From assembly GCF_006345805.1 (NCBI RefSeq), contig NC_043000.1:96844001-96908000 (forward strand): a stretch of 64,000 nt of DNA, in the 5' to 3' direction. Positions 52,020 to 64,000 of this stretch are shown in pieces. How positions within the stretch are numbered: the stretch's first letter is position 1; each line of letters starts with the position of its first letter. The notes below the pieces were generated by a model that ran no database searches, was not told the DNA's origin, and saw only the letters and a program-made list of their open reading frames with translations. The translations under genes and the position numbers were made by a program. The stretch is from Octopus sinensis. Its lineage: Eukaryota.

Positions 52020-52900
52020 CACAAGGCCAAAAATTTATTGAGAAAGGGTATTGTAGAGTGAGTATATATACTATGTACATTATAGTATATTAATACCGGT
52101 ACGCTTATGTTTGTTTTTGTTTTTCTTTTATTGGCCCAGAAGCTTGAAAAGGAAACTTGACTGTTGCCGAATTTGAATTCAGAACATAAAGTAACGTAAT
52201 CAAATATCGATTTCTACCGCATGGTTTTGAATTTTGTTGGAAAGATATAACTCTCAGTATTTGGCAGATACTTTACTTTAACGATACCAGTAGATTGAAA
52301 GGTAAAGTCGACCGCGGAGAGATTCAGATTCGAACACAGCGTGAAATAAAATAATTCAGTATCGCAAGGAATTATATTTTTTCCTTCGCTGTTCTACTGA
52401 TTCTGCTAAATGTTGCCTCCAACGCCGCTATCGCTGCCAATATCGTTTTCATATTGAAGACATACAAAAACCATCGAGCTTCGAATATAATGACGGGCTT
52501 TTATCTTGCTATACTGCAAAACATTGTTTTGCACTTATTGTTGATTCCCAACTGTCTAGATCGATTATTGTAGTTCAAGGTGAAAGCATTCATCATAACA
52601 TTTCCGATCCTTTGGTTCAAAGTAGTCATCATCGTCGTAGCTGTCTCATTCTTCTTCTCCTCCCTCGTTTCCTCCTCCTCCTCTTCCTCCTCCCCTCCTC
52701 TTCTTCCTCCTCTAATTCCATTCACATTTAGAATACATTATAGACATATAAAATCGATCCCATTCTTTTACTGGTTGGATATATTATTATCCGAAAAGAT
52801 GAAAGATAAAGTTGATCTCGAGGGGTATTTGAACTCAGAACTTATGGGACCCATGACTAAATTATTCGTAAGTATTTCATCCGTTGCTCCCTCAATTAGG
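52020..52900 (-). mobile_element. Cluster of three decayed family A SINEs
   Basis: Degenerate GAAAGG(C/T)AAAGT(C/T)GA...GAATTTGAA.TCAGAAC cores near 52150, 52300 and 52810. Confidence 0.6.
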
Positions 52901-53191
52901 TCAATCCACATGAGAAGGAGACATCAATGTGGCCGCTCTACATAATGGAAATGGCAAGCTAAATCTCTCTCAAACCATACCTTACTCTCCCTAGAATATT
53001 AGTTAACATAATCTTAGATACACTGCTTGAAATAAAGACGGAATAGAATGGTCACGGGTGGAATGCGTTTGATCATAGTTGTGTTCGCTAACAAGAAACA
53101 AATATTCGGCGAAGTAAATAACAATATTGCTTTTTACTTCACCGAATATTTCATGTTTATCCACGACCCCGTCATGTGTGTGTGTATTTGT

Positions 53192-53262
<71 letters not shown>

Positions 53263-53889
53263 TGCGCGTGCCTGTATGTGCGCTCACGTTCTTTAAAACA
53301 CTCGACTGCTCTAGTTATGACTGATTTCTAAGATCATTTATACTTACTTCTTTGTTATTTCTTTATTTTATACGTTTTAAAAATATTTCTTAAACTCGCT
53401 CATCAGAAAATCCTTTGAATTATTTCCGTTTCAAGAAGAAACAAAGAAAAATTAGCATAATAGGCTATAGTCAATAATGGATATACCAGTAATTTATAAT
53501 ATCAAGCTATATATATAGATAGAAACAAATTCTTTACTTTACATACAATAAACTCAAGTAGGAACAAGCACACTACAAATTCATAGATTGTAGATTACTC
53601 AACTGCACTCATGACTAATAAAATAGATAAGCATGTTACGATATGGTTTATCAAGAAACGTATTATATCCAATCATAAACTAGCATTAGATATAAATTAC
53701 AATAACAAAAATTGTAGTAAAAATCTGCAAGAGCAATAAGAGCAGAAACAATATGAACAACAGCGAGAAGAAACTAGAAACCAGTAAAATGCAGAATGCA
53801 TAATGCAATTTAGGAAATCTTATTGCACTAATAAATTTCACTCGACCAATAATTTACAAGACATTACTGCGCATTATATTTCATAAACA

Positions 53890-54580
53890 AAGACCTAGAA
53901 AGTATTCTACATTGGAGATATGCCAATCTTGTCCCTATCAACGACAAAGGAACACAAACGATACTCATAGCGAGAAAACCTCATCCCATACTGCCCCTTA
54001 ATTAGGAGCAGCATTTAAATGGGGCCCTAACAATCACTTCAATTGTTGGGATTCTCTATTGCCGAAGATCTCACTTATCGAAATCACGTTCTTAACATAG
54101 GTAGGCACATTACAACGATTGGCCCTTTTCTTCAGCCCAAAGATACTTCAGTCCTCAACAATTATTGACACTCTACCAAGCTCAGGTAAGGCCCACGATG
54201 GGGTGTTGCTCTCACATTTGGGAATGTATTGTTGCTATACACGCAGACATTTTAAATCGCATCCGCAAAAGAGTCAACGGATTGATTTGTATAGAGTCAT
54301 TTACAGACACGTTCCAGCCTTGGGCTCAAAGATTCGCTGTCCACCTCCTTTTGCATTTTCTCTGGCATTTTAATGAGCAGTGCTCATTGGAACTGCACCC
54401 TACTCAAGCATTCTCTTCCCAGTCATCTTTTCTCCACACATCACCCTTGTCTGTCCAGGCCCTGTAGGCTTGCATTCCTATCTAGAACGCCGGCTCTCTA
54501 GAATTCCCTGCATGCTCATGTTTTTTCCCGTAGGTATCGATTTACAATGGTTCAAATGCACGCTCACGGCTTTACTCTCA
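53890..54580 (+). mobile_element. Decayed CR1/L2/Jockey-group LINE, 3' part of ORF2
   Basis: DLESILHWRYANLVPINDKGTQ, TLYQAQVRPTMGCCSHIW...LNRIRKRVNGLI...TDTFQPWAQR and MFFPVGIDLQWFK match post-RT motifs (DL..I..W...NLV.FN..KTQ; LYKAQVRP.MEYCSH.W). Confidence 0.78.
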
Positions 54581-55019
54581 CTTCTCAGAACTACAAAATT
54601 TGATACAGAAGGATCATTAATAGCTTTTACAGGAAAGCGTTTAGAAAGATTTAGAGAACCGTGCTATAAAGATTTAGACTTAACCACACTGTATAAAAAT
54701 TTATAATATTTCAGCAATTTATGACATAAATATATTTACCGCGTAAACGACATCGTACATGAATTTACGATATTTCACAGCAATTTAATATATAACATCA
54801 TTTCAGAGGCAACGACCATGGAATATAATACAAGGAATTTGTTTCTCATGCTGTTCCCTTTGATCCTGCAAAGGAAGTTAACGGATGCCTGTGTATACTT
54901 TGTTTAGCAATTTGCTGCCAGAGTATAGTTACTGTGTCATGAGAAAAAGCCACAGTATATTTGTGTATATTTTAATATATTATATATAATTAATATACTT
55001 TGTTTCTTGCCGTTTACGC

Positions 55020-55086
55020 AACTATATATATATATATAACACACACCACACACACACATTCTCACATACATACAAACCTATGAACG

Positions 55087-55134
<48 letters not shown>

Positions 55135-55210
55135 CATACATATATATATATATATTATATATACATACATATATATATATATATATATACATACATATAT
55201 ATATATATAT

Positions 55211-55262
<52 letters not shown>

Positions 55263-55273
55263 AAATACATACA

Positions 55274-55305
<32 letters not shown>

Positions 55306-55367
55306 TAAATACTAATATATAATATATTTATATATACATACATATATATATATATTTTTTATTTATA

Positions 55368-55426
<59 letters not shown>

Positions 55427-55814
55427 TATATATATATACGTTCATAGGTATGTTTGTCTGTGTGAGTGGTATATATGTACAGGAAGAGAAAGAGAAAGAG
55501 AAGAGAAAGAGAGAGAGATAGAGAGATACATACTTGTATGTTTTTGTTTGTCTTGGTCGTTGGCTTACCGTACCATTCTTTGCATATTGATACACATGCA
55601 TATCACGTGTGTGATATGGATATATTCTTTATCTTTTTACAGGTTTCATTCCTAACGCCGTGGCCATGCTGGGGCACCGCCATAAATATATATATATATA
55701 TTATATATAATATATATATATTGTGTGTGGTGTGTGTGTGTGTGTATGTGTGTGTGTGTGTATATACATATATATATATATTATATATATTTATATACAT
55801 GCATACACACACAC

Positions 55815-55867
<53 letters not shown>

Positions 55868-55900
55868 ATATATATATATATATGAGAGAAGTGAGCAGAG
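55020..55900. repeat. Long (TA)/(TG)/(CA) compound microsatellite region
   Basis: Direct reading. Confidence 0.9.
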
Positions 55901-56478
55901 GAAGAAAGAGAGAAGTGGCAACTTAAGACGAAGAAAAAGAGACAAAGAGTAACAAATAAAGACAGCGAAGGGAGAGGAAACTTAAATACATACCAAGATA
56001 ATGCGCTGAGATTGATAGAATTCTCATTGCCATCACATTCATGTTTTTTTTTCTCTCTTCTTTCGTTTCATTTGTTTGCTAATGACTGTTTGTATATTTA
56101 TTGTGGCATTCTTTATTTATATTTGTACTAGTAACGCCATCTGTCAATAGAACCGATTAAAGCAATAAGTTAACAGACAGATAACTGAATGTTTAAATAT
56201 TTTCAGCAAAAAAAAAAAATTCCTTTTCTTTTTCTTGTATTTTCCCCCCTAGTTCAGTAATTAATTCTTATTCCGGTTTTTTCATCACACCATTCTCTCC
56301 CTCCTACTCAGTCTATCTATCTGTCTGACTGTCGCTCTCCCTCTCTCTGTTTGTCTGTCTGTCTATCTATATAGTGAAGATATAAGTAGCTCGTAAATAT
56401 ATAGTGTGTACATTAAACATTTATTTTACTTATCTCTCACCGGATGGAGTACCTTTTTTGTTGATCTTAAGCGAACTA

Positions 56479-56561
<83 letters not shown>

Positions 56562-56809
56562 ATATATATATATATATATAATATCCATTTCTTATTTAAC
56601 TTTACATACGAGCAGAGGGTGCTTACTAACAATGTCTGAATTTCTATTTTCTGTTTTTCTGAAGATCTAGCGTCTTAAGGTGATTTACAATCATGTGGGT
56701 AACGATTACAGCACAAAATCTTAGTATACTCTAGTGAAACACGTGTAAAGTTTATGTATGTATTATGCTGTATTAAAAATTAAACGAAAATTTTCTAATT
56801 TATTCTGAT

Positions 56810-57478
56810 ATCGTGCTTCCTAACCACATGGTTGTGGGTTTAGTTCCACTCTGTGGCACCTTGGGCAGGTCTCTTCTCCTATAGCTTAGGGCCGACCAAA
56901 GCTTTGTTAGTAGAGTTGGTTGACAGAAACTAGAAGAATCCCATCGTATGTATGCATGTATGTATATATACAGGGTTGACCAAAAGTAACCTGACAGTAG
57001 ATCAAAGCTATTTAATTCCAAGATTAAAACAAAAAATTGTTTTATATGAGACTTCGCTAATAAATAGACAAATGTTAAAACAAATGGGGATTTTAACTCA
57101 CAGCGTTCAATCATTAAACATTCGTAATTTGAATGAATAAATAAAATTGGATATTAAGTATTTATGGAATTTTTGATTTAATGTCTGGTAGCTTTTGGCC
57201 AAACCCTGTATGTGTTTGTATGTGTGTGTGTGTGTGTGTGTGTGTCTGAATTCCTTTGTGTCTGTGTTTGTCTCTCTAGCACCGTTTGACAACCAATGCT
57301 GGTGTATTTACGTCCCCATATCCTAGCGGTTCCGGCAAAAGTAACTGATAAAATAAATACCAGGCTTAGCAAGTATTGGGGTCGAGTCATTCGACTAAAA
57401 CAAAGAAGATATTCTTCAAGGCGGTGGCCCGTCATGGCTACAGTCTAAAGAGTGAAACAATTAAGCAAGAAAAAGATA
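56810..57478 (+). mobile_element. SINE family B split by a MITE insertion
   Basis: Head/core at 56810-56947 and tail at 57250-57478, with the MITE in the internal TA-rich spacer. Confidence 0.82.
56969..57210. mobile_element. Tc1/mariner-type MITE (family M2)
   Basis: TA-CAGGGTTGACCAAAAGTAACCTGACA ... TGTCTGGTAGCTTTTGGCCAAACCCTG-TA; TA duplication. Confidence 0.88.
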
Positions 57479-57506
57479 TATGTATACATATATATATCTT
57501 TATATA

Positions 57507-57712
57507 TATATTGTTGCGTCTCGGGGAGAGTCATTCTCCTTTAGTGCCTTATCATTTAACACACTCATTTTTCTCCCAGGGAAAATAAATAAGCAAATGA
57601 GTGAAAACTTTACCGGTGAGTGTGTTAAATAATAAGAGGCACTATTCTCCCCAGAAACAACAAAATTTGCTTCAACACACGAACTCACATAAAGTATCTT
57701 GCAAACCAAACC

Positions 57713-57764
<52 letters not shown>

Positions 57765-57940
57765 CGTTTAAATAATTGTTGCAAGATTTTTTATGTGAAG
57801 TCGTGTGTTGAAAACAGATGTGTTAATTCGGAATGGTCATTTTGCCAGTTAGCCAATAAAAGTAACACCAAATATATAGTGCGTGTGTGTGTTTTATTGG
57901 CTAACTGGCCAAAATGACCATTCCGAAATATAACAATATA
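57507..57940. mobile_element. Element made of three consecutive long hairpins, embedded in (TA)n
   Basis: Hairpins at 57511-57664, 57671-57812 and 57827-57927. Termini TATATTGTT / AACAATATA are inverted. Confidence 0.7.
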
Positions 57941-57944
57941 TATA

Positions 57945-57996
<52 letters not shown>

Positions 57997-58075
57997 CATA
58001 TATATATATATATTAAATATATATACATACATACATACATACACACACACACACCACACTAATATATAATTATAT

Positions 58076-58108
<33 letters not shown>

Positions 58109-58784
58109 CTCACATATATGTGTATTATGTAAATCTAGTGAAGTCTGTGTATAATCACTGGAAATCGAAAATATTAAAATCTCCACCAAAATGCTACCCA
58201 TTATGCCTTTAATCAAAACTTCAATTAGATCTTTCTCCGATTAGAGTTGATCTTGGTCTCAATGACAACGACGACAACAAACAGAAAAAAGACTTCTACA
58301 TATTTCAAGCCAATGAGAGAAACCGCGAATGGTAGATACGACGTGCCTGAAATAGCAACTTTGAAATCTCATCGAAATCGCACCCAAATGCCTTAACAGG
58401 GAAGTATGCATTAGCTCATGGAATAAAAAAGAAAACTAAATAAGACAGAAGTATAACAAGCAGCTAAATAACAGCAATGATCAGTATATCACTCCTAACG
58501 TTTCTTTCAATGTCCACCTCTGTAAACCCCCCTCTCTCTCTCTTCCTTTCTTCCCTCTCAGTCTCTCTCTCAGCCCTTTCTCTCTATCTATCATTGCGTT
58601 TCCATCCAGTAGTGTCTTTTACATTATACGTTCCCTACTGACCCGTTTTTACCCTTCCTTTCTATTAACATAACTTTTATTTCGGAAATGTGTTAAACCA
58701 ACAATTTGTGCTTCCTGTTGAATTTTTTTTTATTTGTACATCATAGAATATAAACCTCCATTTATCTGTGTATATAAGAATGTG

Positions 58785-58823
<39 letters not shown>

Positions 58824-58856
58824 TATATATATATACAACACTGTGTGTGTGTTTGT

Positions 58857-58920
<64 letters not shown>

Positions 58921-59899
58921 GCTTAAATATATGTATCTCTGTGTGGTGAGACCATTTGTATACACGTGTCCCCGTGTGTACGAATGTGTGTGAATATATA
59001 TATATATATATAGATATATAAACACTGGAGTTTACAAACCAGTGACAAATGTATTTAGTGCAAAACGATCAGTGGAATACGTACAACCGTGATATTCCTA
59101 CTAGTTACAAAGGATGACCATGGCACTATAGTATACAAGCAAATTCATATATTGGCCTGCTCACTTAGCCAGCGGGGTTGCGTCATTTGAAGGGTAAAAC
59201 AATGTGAAGCGCATTGTGACCAGCGATGTGTAGCAACATCTGATAGCCTGGTCGGTAGAAAAGAAAGAATATATATATATATATATATATATGTAAATAT
59301 ATATATATATATGCAAAAATTTAGATTCAAATGTGTATATATATATATGTATATATATGTGTGTGTGTATGTGTATTTATAATATATATATATATATTGA
59401 TAAAAATGGTAAGACAACAAAACATATTACATTTACAGATATATATATATATTAATATATATATATTATATATATTATATATAGATAGATCGATAGATAG
59501 ATAGATAGATAGATAGAGAGAGAGATAGATAGATAGAGAGAGAGAGAGAGAAGGAGAGATAGATAGATAGATACATAGATGCACGGACAGGTGTAAAATA
59601 TAGTGACACATAAAATACATGCATGCAGTTATAACAGATGTGGATATGAATCTATTCATATTTTCATATACGTATCTATACGCATAGATTTTTGCATTCA
59701 TTCACTCATTAACGCACATATCTACATACAGGTATGCCTGTGCACCACATCTGACTGAAGTAATCGACACTGACTTGGGTGTTATGGGGCTGTTAGAAAG
59801 ATGTTCAATGTCGTCTATATAGTCAATAAATACATGACCTTAAACCCTGGCCTCTTTTTCTATTATGTTTGAGTGCTTTTGTGTACGCATATACTGATG

Positions 59900-60349
59900 G
59901 AACTTCCTACATGCATATATGTGTGTGCATATTAGTATGCACGCGTGTGTGTGTAAGTATATATATATATACATACACGTATATACATGCATATATATAC
60001 ATATATACGTTTATACATACATATATATTTACAGGTATACACACACACACACACATATATATATATTATATGTATATGTATATACATATATATATACGTA
60101 TATATGTATATATATATGTATATACATATATATATATATACGTATATATGTATATATATGTATATATATATATGTATATATATATATGTATATGAATATA
60201 TATATGTATATATGTATGTGTTCATATATATATATATATGTATAGTTAGTATATATATGTATATGTGTGTGTGTATGTATATATATATATAAATAAATAA
60301 ATGTATATGGGTGTGTGTATATGTGTATATCTATATATATATATATATA

Positions 60350-60381
<32 letters not shown>

Positions 60382-60396
60382 AATATGTATAGTTAG

Positions 60397-60429
<33 letters not shown>

Positions 60430-60476
60430 ATGTTTATATATATATAAATAAATAAATGTATATGGGTGTGTGTGTA

Positions 60477-60510
<34 letters not shown>

Positions 60511-60649
60511 AGCATATTCAAGTCGTTTCCCGTAAGCAAAAATATATATATGCATGCATGCACCCGTGCGTTTATGTAAGATGGGTATTTGCAGGCAGAC
60601 AAATACACACGCGTACACACACACATACACATTCACGCACACACGCACA

Positions 60650-60681
<32 letters not shown>

Positions 60682-60780
60682 TATGTACGTGTGGGCGTGT
60701 GTGCTGTGTGTGTGTTTGCATGTGTGTGCGTATAGATATGTCTGTGTGATTATATCTATGTGCGTGTGCAAGTAGGATGT
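59900..60780. repeat. Long (TA)/(TG)/(CA) compound microsatellite region
   Basis: Direct reading. Confidence 0.9.
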
Positions 60781-60978
60781 GCGAGTTCTTTTGCACGTTT
60801 GGGTTTTGATTAAGTATGGCTTCTGTTAAGTCGATTTCTATTTTGTACCAGATTGATAATTCCAAAGTGAAGTCTACAAAGAAATAAATGAATAAATATA
60901 ATAACAACAACAACAACAATAGCAACAACAATAGCAATATCAGCTAAACAGATACATAAAAAAACTCCAGCAAATGTT

Positions 60979-61013
<35 letters not shown>

Positions 61014-61402
61014 ATTTCAAAAGGAAAGAGCGTATTGAATGAATAAATGTAACGTGCATGCGTATAAATGCCACTTCTACTGAGTGCGTGCATGGGTGCG
61101 TGTATGCGTGTATGCGTGTATGTATGTGTGTGTGTGTGTGTGTATGTGTGTGGTGTGTGTATGTGTTTGTGTGTGTTTGTGCTGTATGTGCGCCTGTGTG
61201 TTGTATGTCTGCCAGTGTGTTTGTGGTGTGTGAAAGACAAACAGTCATATAATTGATCTTCCATACAAATTTACTATTGGTGTCGAGGATTTCCAAAAGT
61301 TCCATTCTACAAAGACTGAACTGACTTTTCCCCCCTCAAGTAAATTGATTGTCAAGCTTGGCACGAACAGTCAATTCAAAATACTATGAAGGCAACGTCG
61401 TT

Positions 61403-61435
<33 letters not shown>

Positions 61436-62504
61436 ATGGTGGTGGTGGTGTTGGTAATGGTATTGGTAGTTGCTTGATGCGCTGTTGTGGAGCTTTTAAT
61501 GTTGACGATAGTTGTGATAGTGATAGTCTACAGATGCTGGTTGTTGTTATGATTGTGGAAGCGATAGTGTGGTGATGGTAGTGACGGTAGTGTCGGTGGC
61601 GACGGTGGCAGTTTTGAGTTCAAATCCCGCTGAGATGCGCTATGTCTTTCTTTACATTGTGGTCGATAAAATATATATAAATAAAGTAATGAAATTCATT
61701 TTAATCAGCTCTGCCCTCTCGATAGACCTTTTACACTTTGTACCGACATAATAAATCATTATTATATACTTCCTTCCGCTATTTACCCGCTTTGGTTGAA
61801 TTGCGCTCCCTTGATAGTCTTCGTGATTTCAGCCCAGAACACTGGGATAAAATCAGGTTGCATCTATGCATGTCGGTCAGCTGTGCGACTCGCTGTTTAA
61901 ATTATAACGAGCCAACAAGGATGTTGCAATATGACCGTTCGATATCCTAGTAAAAGTACAAATCTCCACCACCACTCTCTCTCTCCCCCAAAAGAGAACA
62001 TTCCATCTTGAAAATGGAATGAAACATTCGAATATTGTAGTCAGATAAAAGCAAGGTCTGTGTAAAAAACAAAGTCATAGATGGAAAGGTTTTGACAATA
62101 GTTCTACCGTATCATGAAACTTGTTCGAAAACAATTATTGGAAAACAATTATTCGAAAAACAGTAATTCGAAATAAATATAATTTGTGAACTTGATTTTT
62201 AATTTTATCATATTTGTTTAAATAAAATAAGAAATTTAGAATAATTAGCATTTCGTACAATTGTCCTTTTGAAAAACATCGAGCAAAACTCTATAAAATA
62301 TTTAATCAAATTTCTTTTTACTCTGACTCCACCTTCTGCCAGTGTTATGTTGACTTTTCTCCAGTCTAGAGTTTATAAAACAGGCTTCAGTGACCAACTG
62401 GAGGACGATTTGATCGGCCATACTTCCCCAAAATGTGTGGCCATGTATTAATTTTGGGAAGCATTAAAAAATGATAAAATCACTTAGCAGTATATGAGTT
62501 TAAG

Positions 62505-62622
62505 TTGCCGAAGTTGTAGAATCGTTAGAACATAAGATAAGTACTTTGCGGCATTTGTTCCATCTCTCAATGTTCTGGGCTGAAATCCCGCCGTAATGAA
62601 CTTTGCTTTTCATCCTTTCGCG
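62505..62622 (+). mobile_element. Decayed family A SINE
   Basis: GTAGAATCGTTAGAAC head and GCTGAAATCCCGCCGTAATGAACTTTGCTTTTCATCCTTTCG core. Confidence 0.65.
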
Positions 62623-63082
62623 CAGTGAAAGGTTAGAACTGTTAGAGCAGCAGATATCACAACTTGCTGTATTATTTATGAGTACAATTTCTCCACCTAC
62701 CATAAGTAAAAAGATTTATGCAAAGTGCTTACATGGAGACCACTGTTAAACAGAGACTGCCAGTAAAACAACAGTAAACTCATAATACTAAAATGGCGTG
62801 AGTTCATACGAAACCCAAGTACTCAGAGTGTACGGCTGAGCTTTCCACTTCATAATATGCAAAGTTCATGATAGCTCAGCAATATATAAGTAGCCAACTT
62901 ATAGTCTTAATTCATGAGCTATTCATTAGCTCACAGAGTTGGATCTAAATATTACATTCGTCCCTTCGTCGCCGAACTATTGGAAAAGTATGGAGAGGCA
63001 TGTGCACAAGAACAACATAATAGTGATGTCTTGCAATGTATCTCAATAACTTAAAGTTAAGGTAAGTACATCTTTAAATACA

Positions 63083-63084
<2 letters not shown>

Positions 63085-63117
<33 letters not shown>

Positions 63118-63204
63118 ATGCCTTAGAACTAAAGAGCGGTAGCAGCAGCAGTAGCAACAGCAGCAGCAATAATAATGATGATGATGATGATGATAATGAT
63201 AATG

Positions 63205-63239
<35 letters not shown>

Positions 63240-63290
63240 GATAATAATAATAATAATAATAATAATAATGTCTCCCACGATAAATAACAA
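63085..63290. repeat. (TG)n then (CAG)/(GAT)/(AAT) microsatellites
   Basis: Direct reading. Confidence 0.92.
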
Positions 63291-63627
63291 CCAAGTACCA
63301 AAACTTATAATGTGCAGAAAGAGACCCTGTGAGATCTCTGACAGCAGGCTGCTGTCCTCTCTCACAGAATCTACTGGAGCAAACACGATTGAGCGCTCTG
63401 AGAATTAAAACAAGAAGAAGAAGAACAACAACAACATTTAATAATATAGGCATAAGATTAGAAATTTTGGAAGGAGTTAATTATATCACTTCAATATTTG
63501 AAGTGCTGCTTATTTTTATGATTTTTATAGAACCCAGAAGTATGAAAGGTAAAGTAAGGCCTCAGCGATGAGACAAGGAAACAAAGACAAGCTATATTAA
63601 AAACATACACAAACACAAGCACACACA

Positions 63628-63686
<59 letters not shown>

Positions 63687-64000
63687 GCCATATTTTCTAT
63701 CATGACATGTTTTTAGAGGCTCTAAATCCATTGACATATACTCCTTTGAGACTCCATCAACGAATGGTTGAAAAGTTCGTGTAAGATATGTGAAAAAATG
63801 TCTGCTTTAATACACGCCGGCAAATAAGGACGGCAAAGCTGGTAAACATCGTAAACAAAAGACATATCCATGATTCTAATATGAACTCTTTATATGAAAC
63901 TTTTACGTGTGAATGCTTCACTCCCAGCAATTCACATTAAAAATAAAATTTCAAGTCAGAATAAAGATAAAAGCTATTATATTGATTATAGATATAAAAT

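Noticed and set aside
52836-52849. 14-bp match to the reverse complement of the left mariner TIR at 1720-1733
   Set aside because: It overlaps a SINE B-box region (GAACTCAGAAC), 50 kb from the element. Most likely chance.

Overview
AT-rich eukaryotic non-coding DNA, most likely intergenic or intronic sequence from an octopus. That assignment is inferred from the tRNA-derived SINE families and the extreme microsatellite density. No intact protein-coding gene is supportable. Almost all ORF-track entries are translated microsatellites, and the rest are transposon remnants. The window holds decayed mariner/Tc1 and hAT (Buster/Charlie) transposases, R4/Dong, RTE and CR1/L2-like LINE fragments, three SINE families (called A, B, C here), several MITEs and fold-back elements (some nested, some with TSDs), and a 100-N gap. 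The most notable feature is a (TA)n-flanked tandem array of ~490-bp units (21961-23364). Each unit carries a complete type I hammerhead ribozyme motif (CUGAAGA / GAAA / GUA, with stems I-III base-paired by hand), which is the architecture of a non-LTR retrozyme or Penelope-like tandem repeat that could produce circular RNA. Two further, unrelated type I hammerhead-like motifs lie on the minus strand (24064-24193 and 51063-51113).
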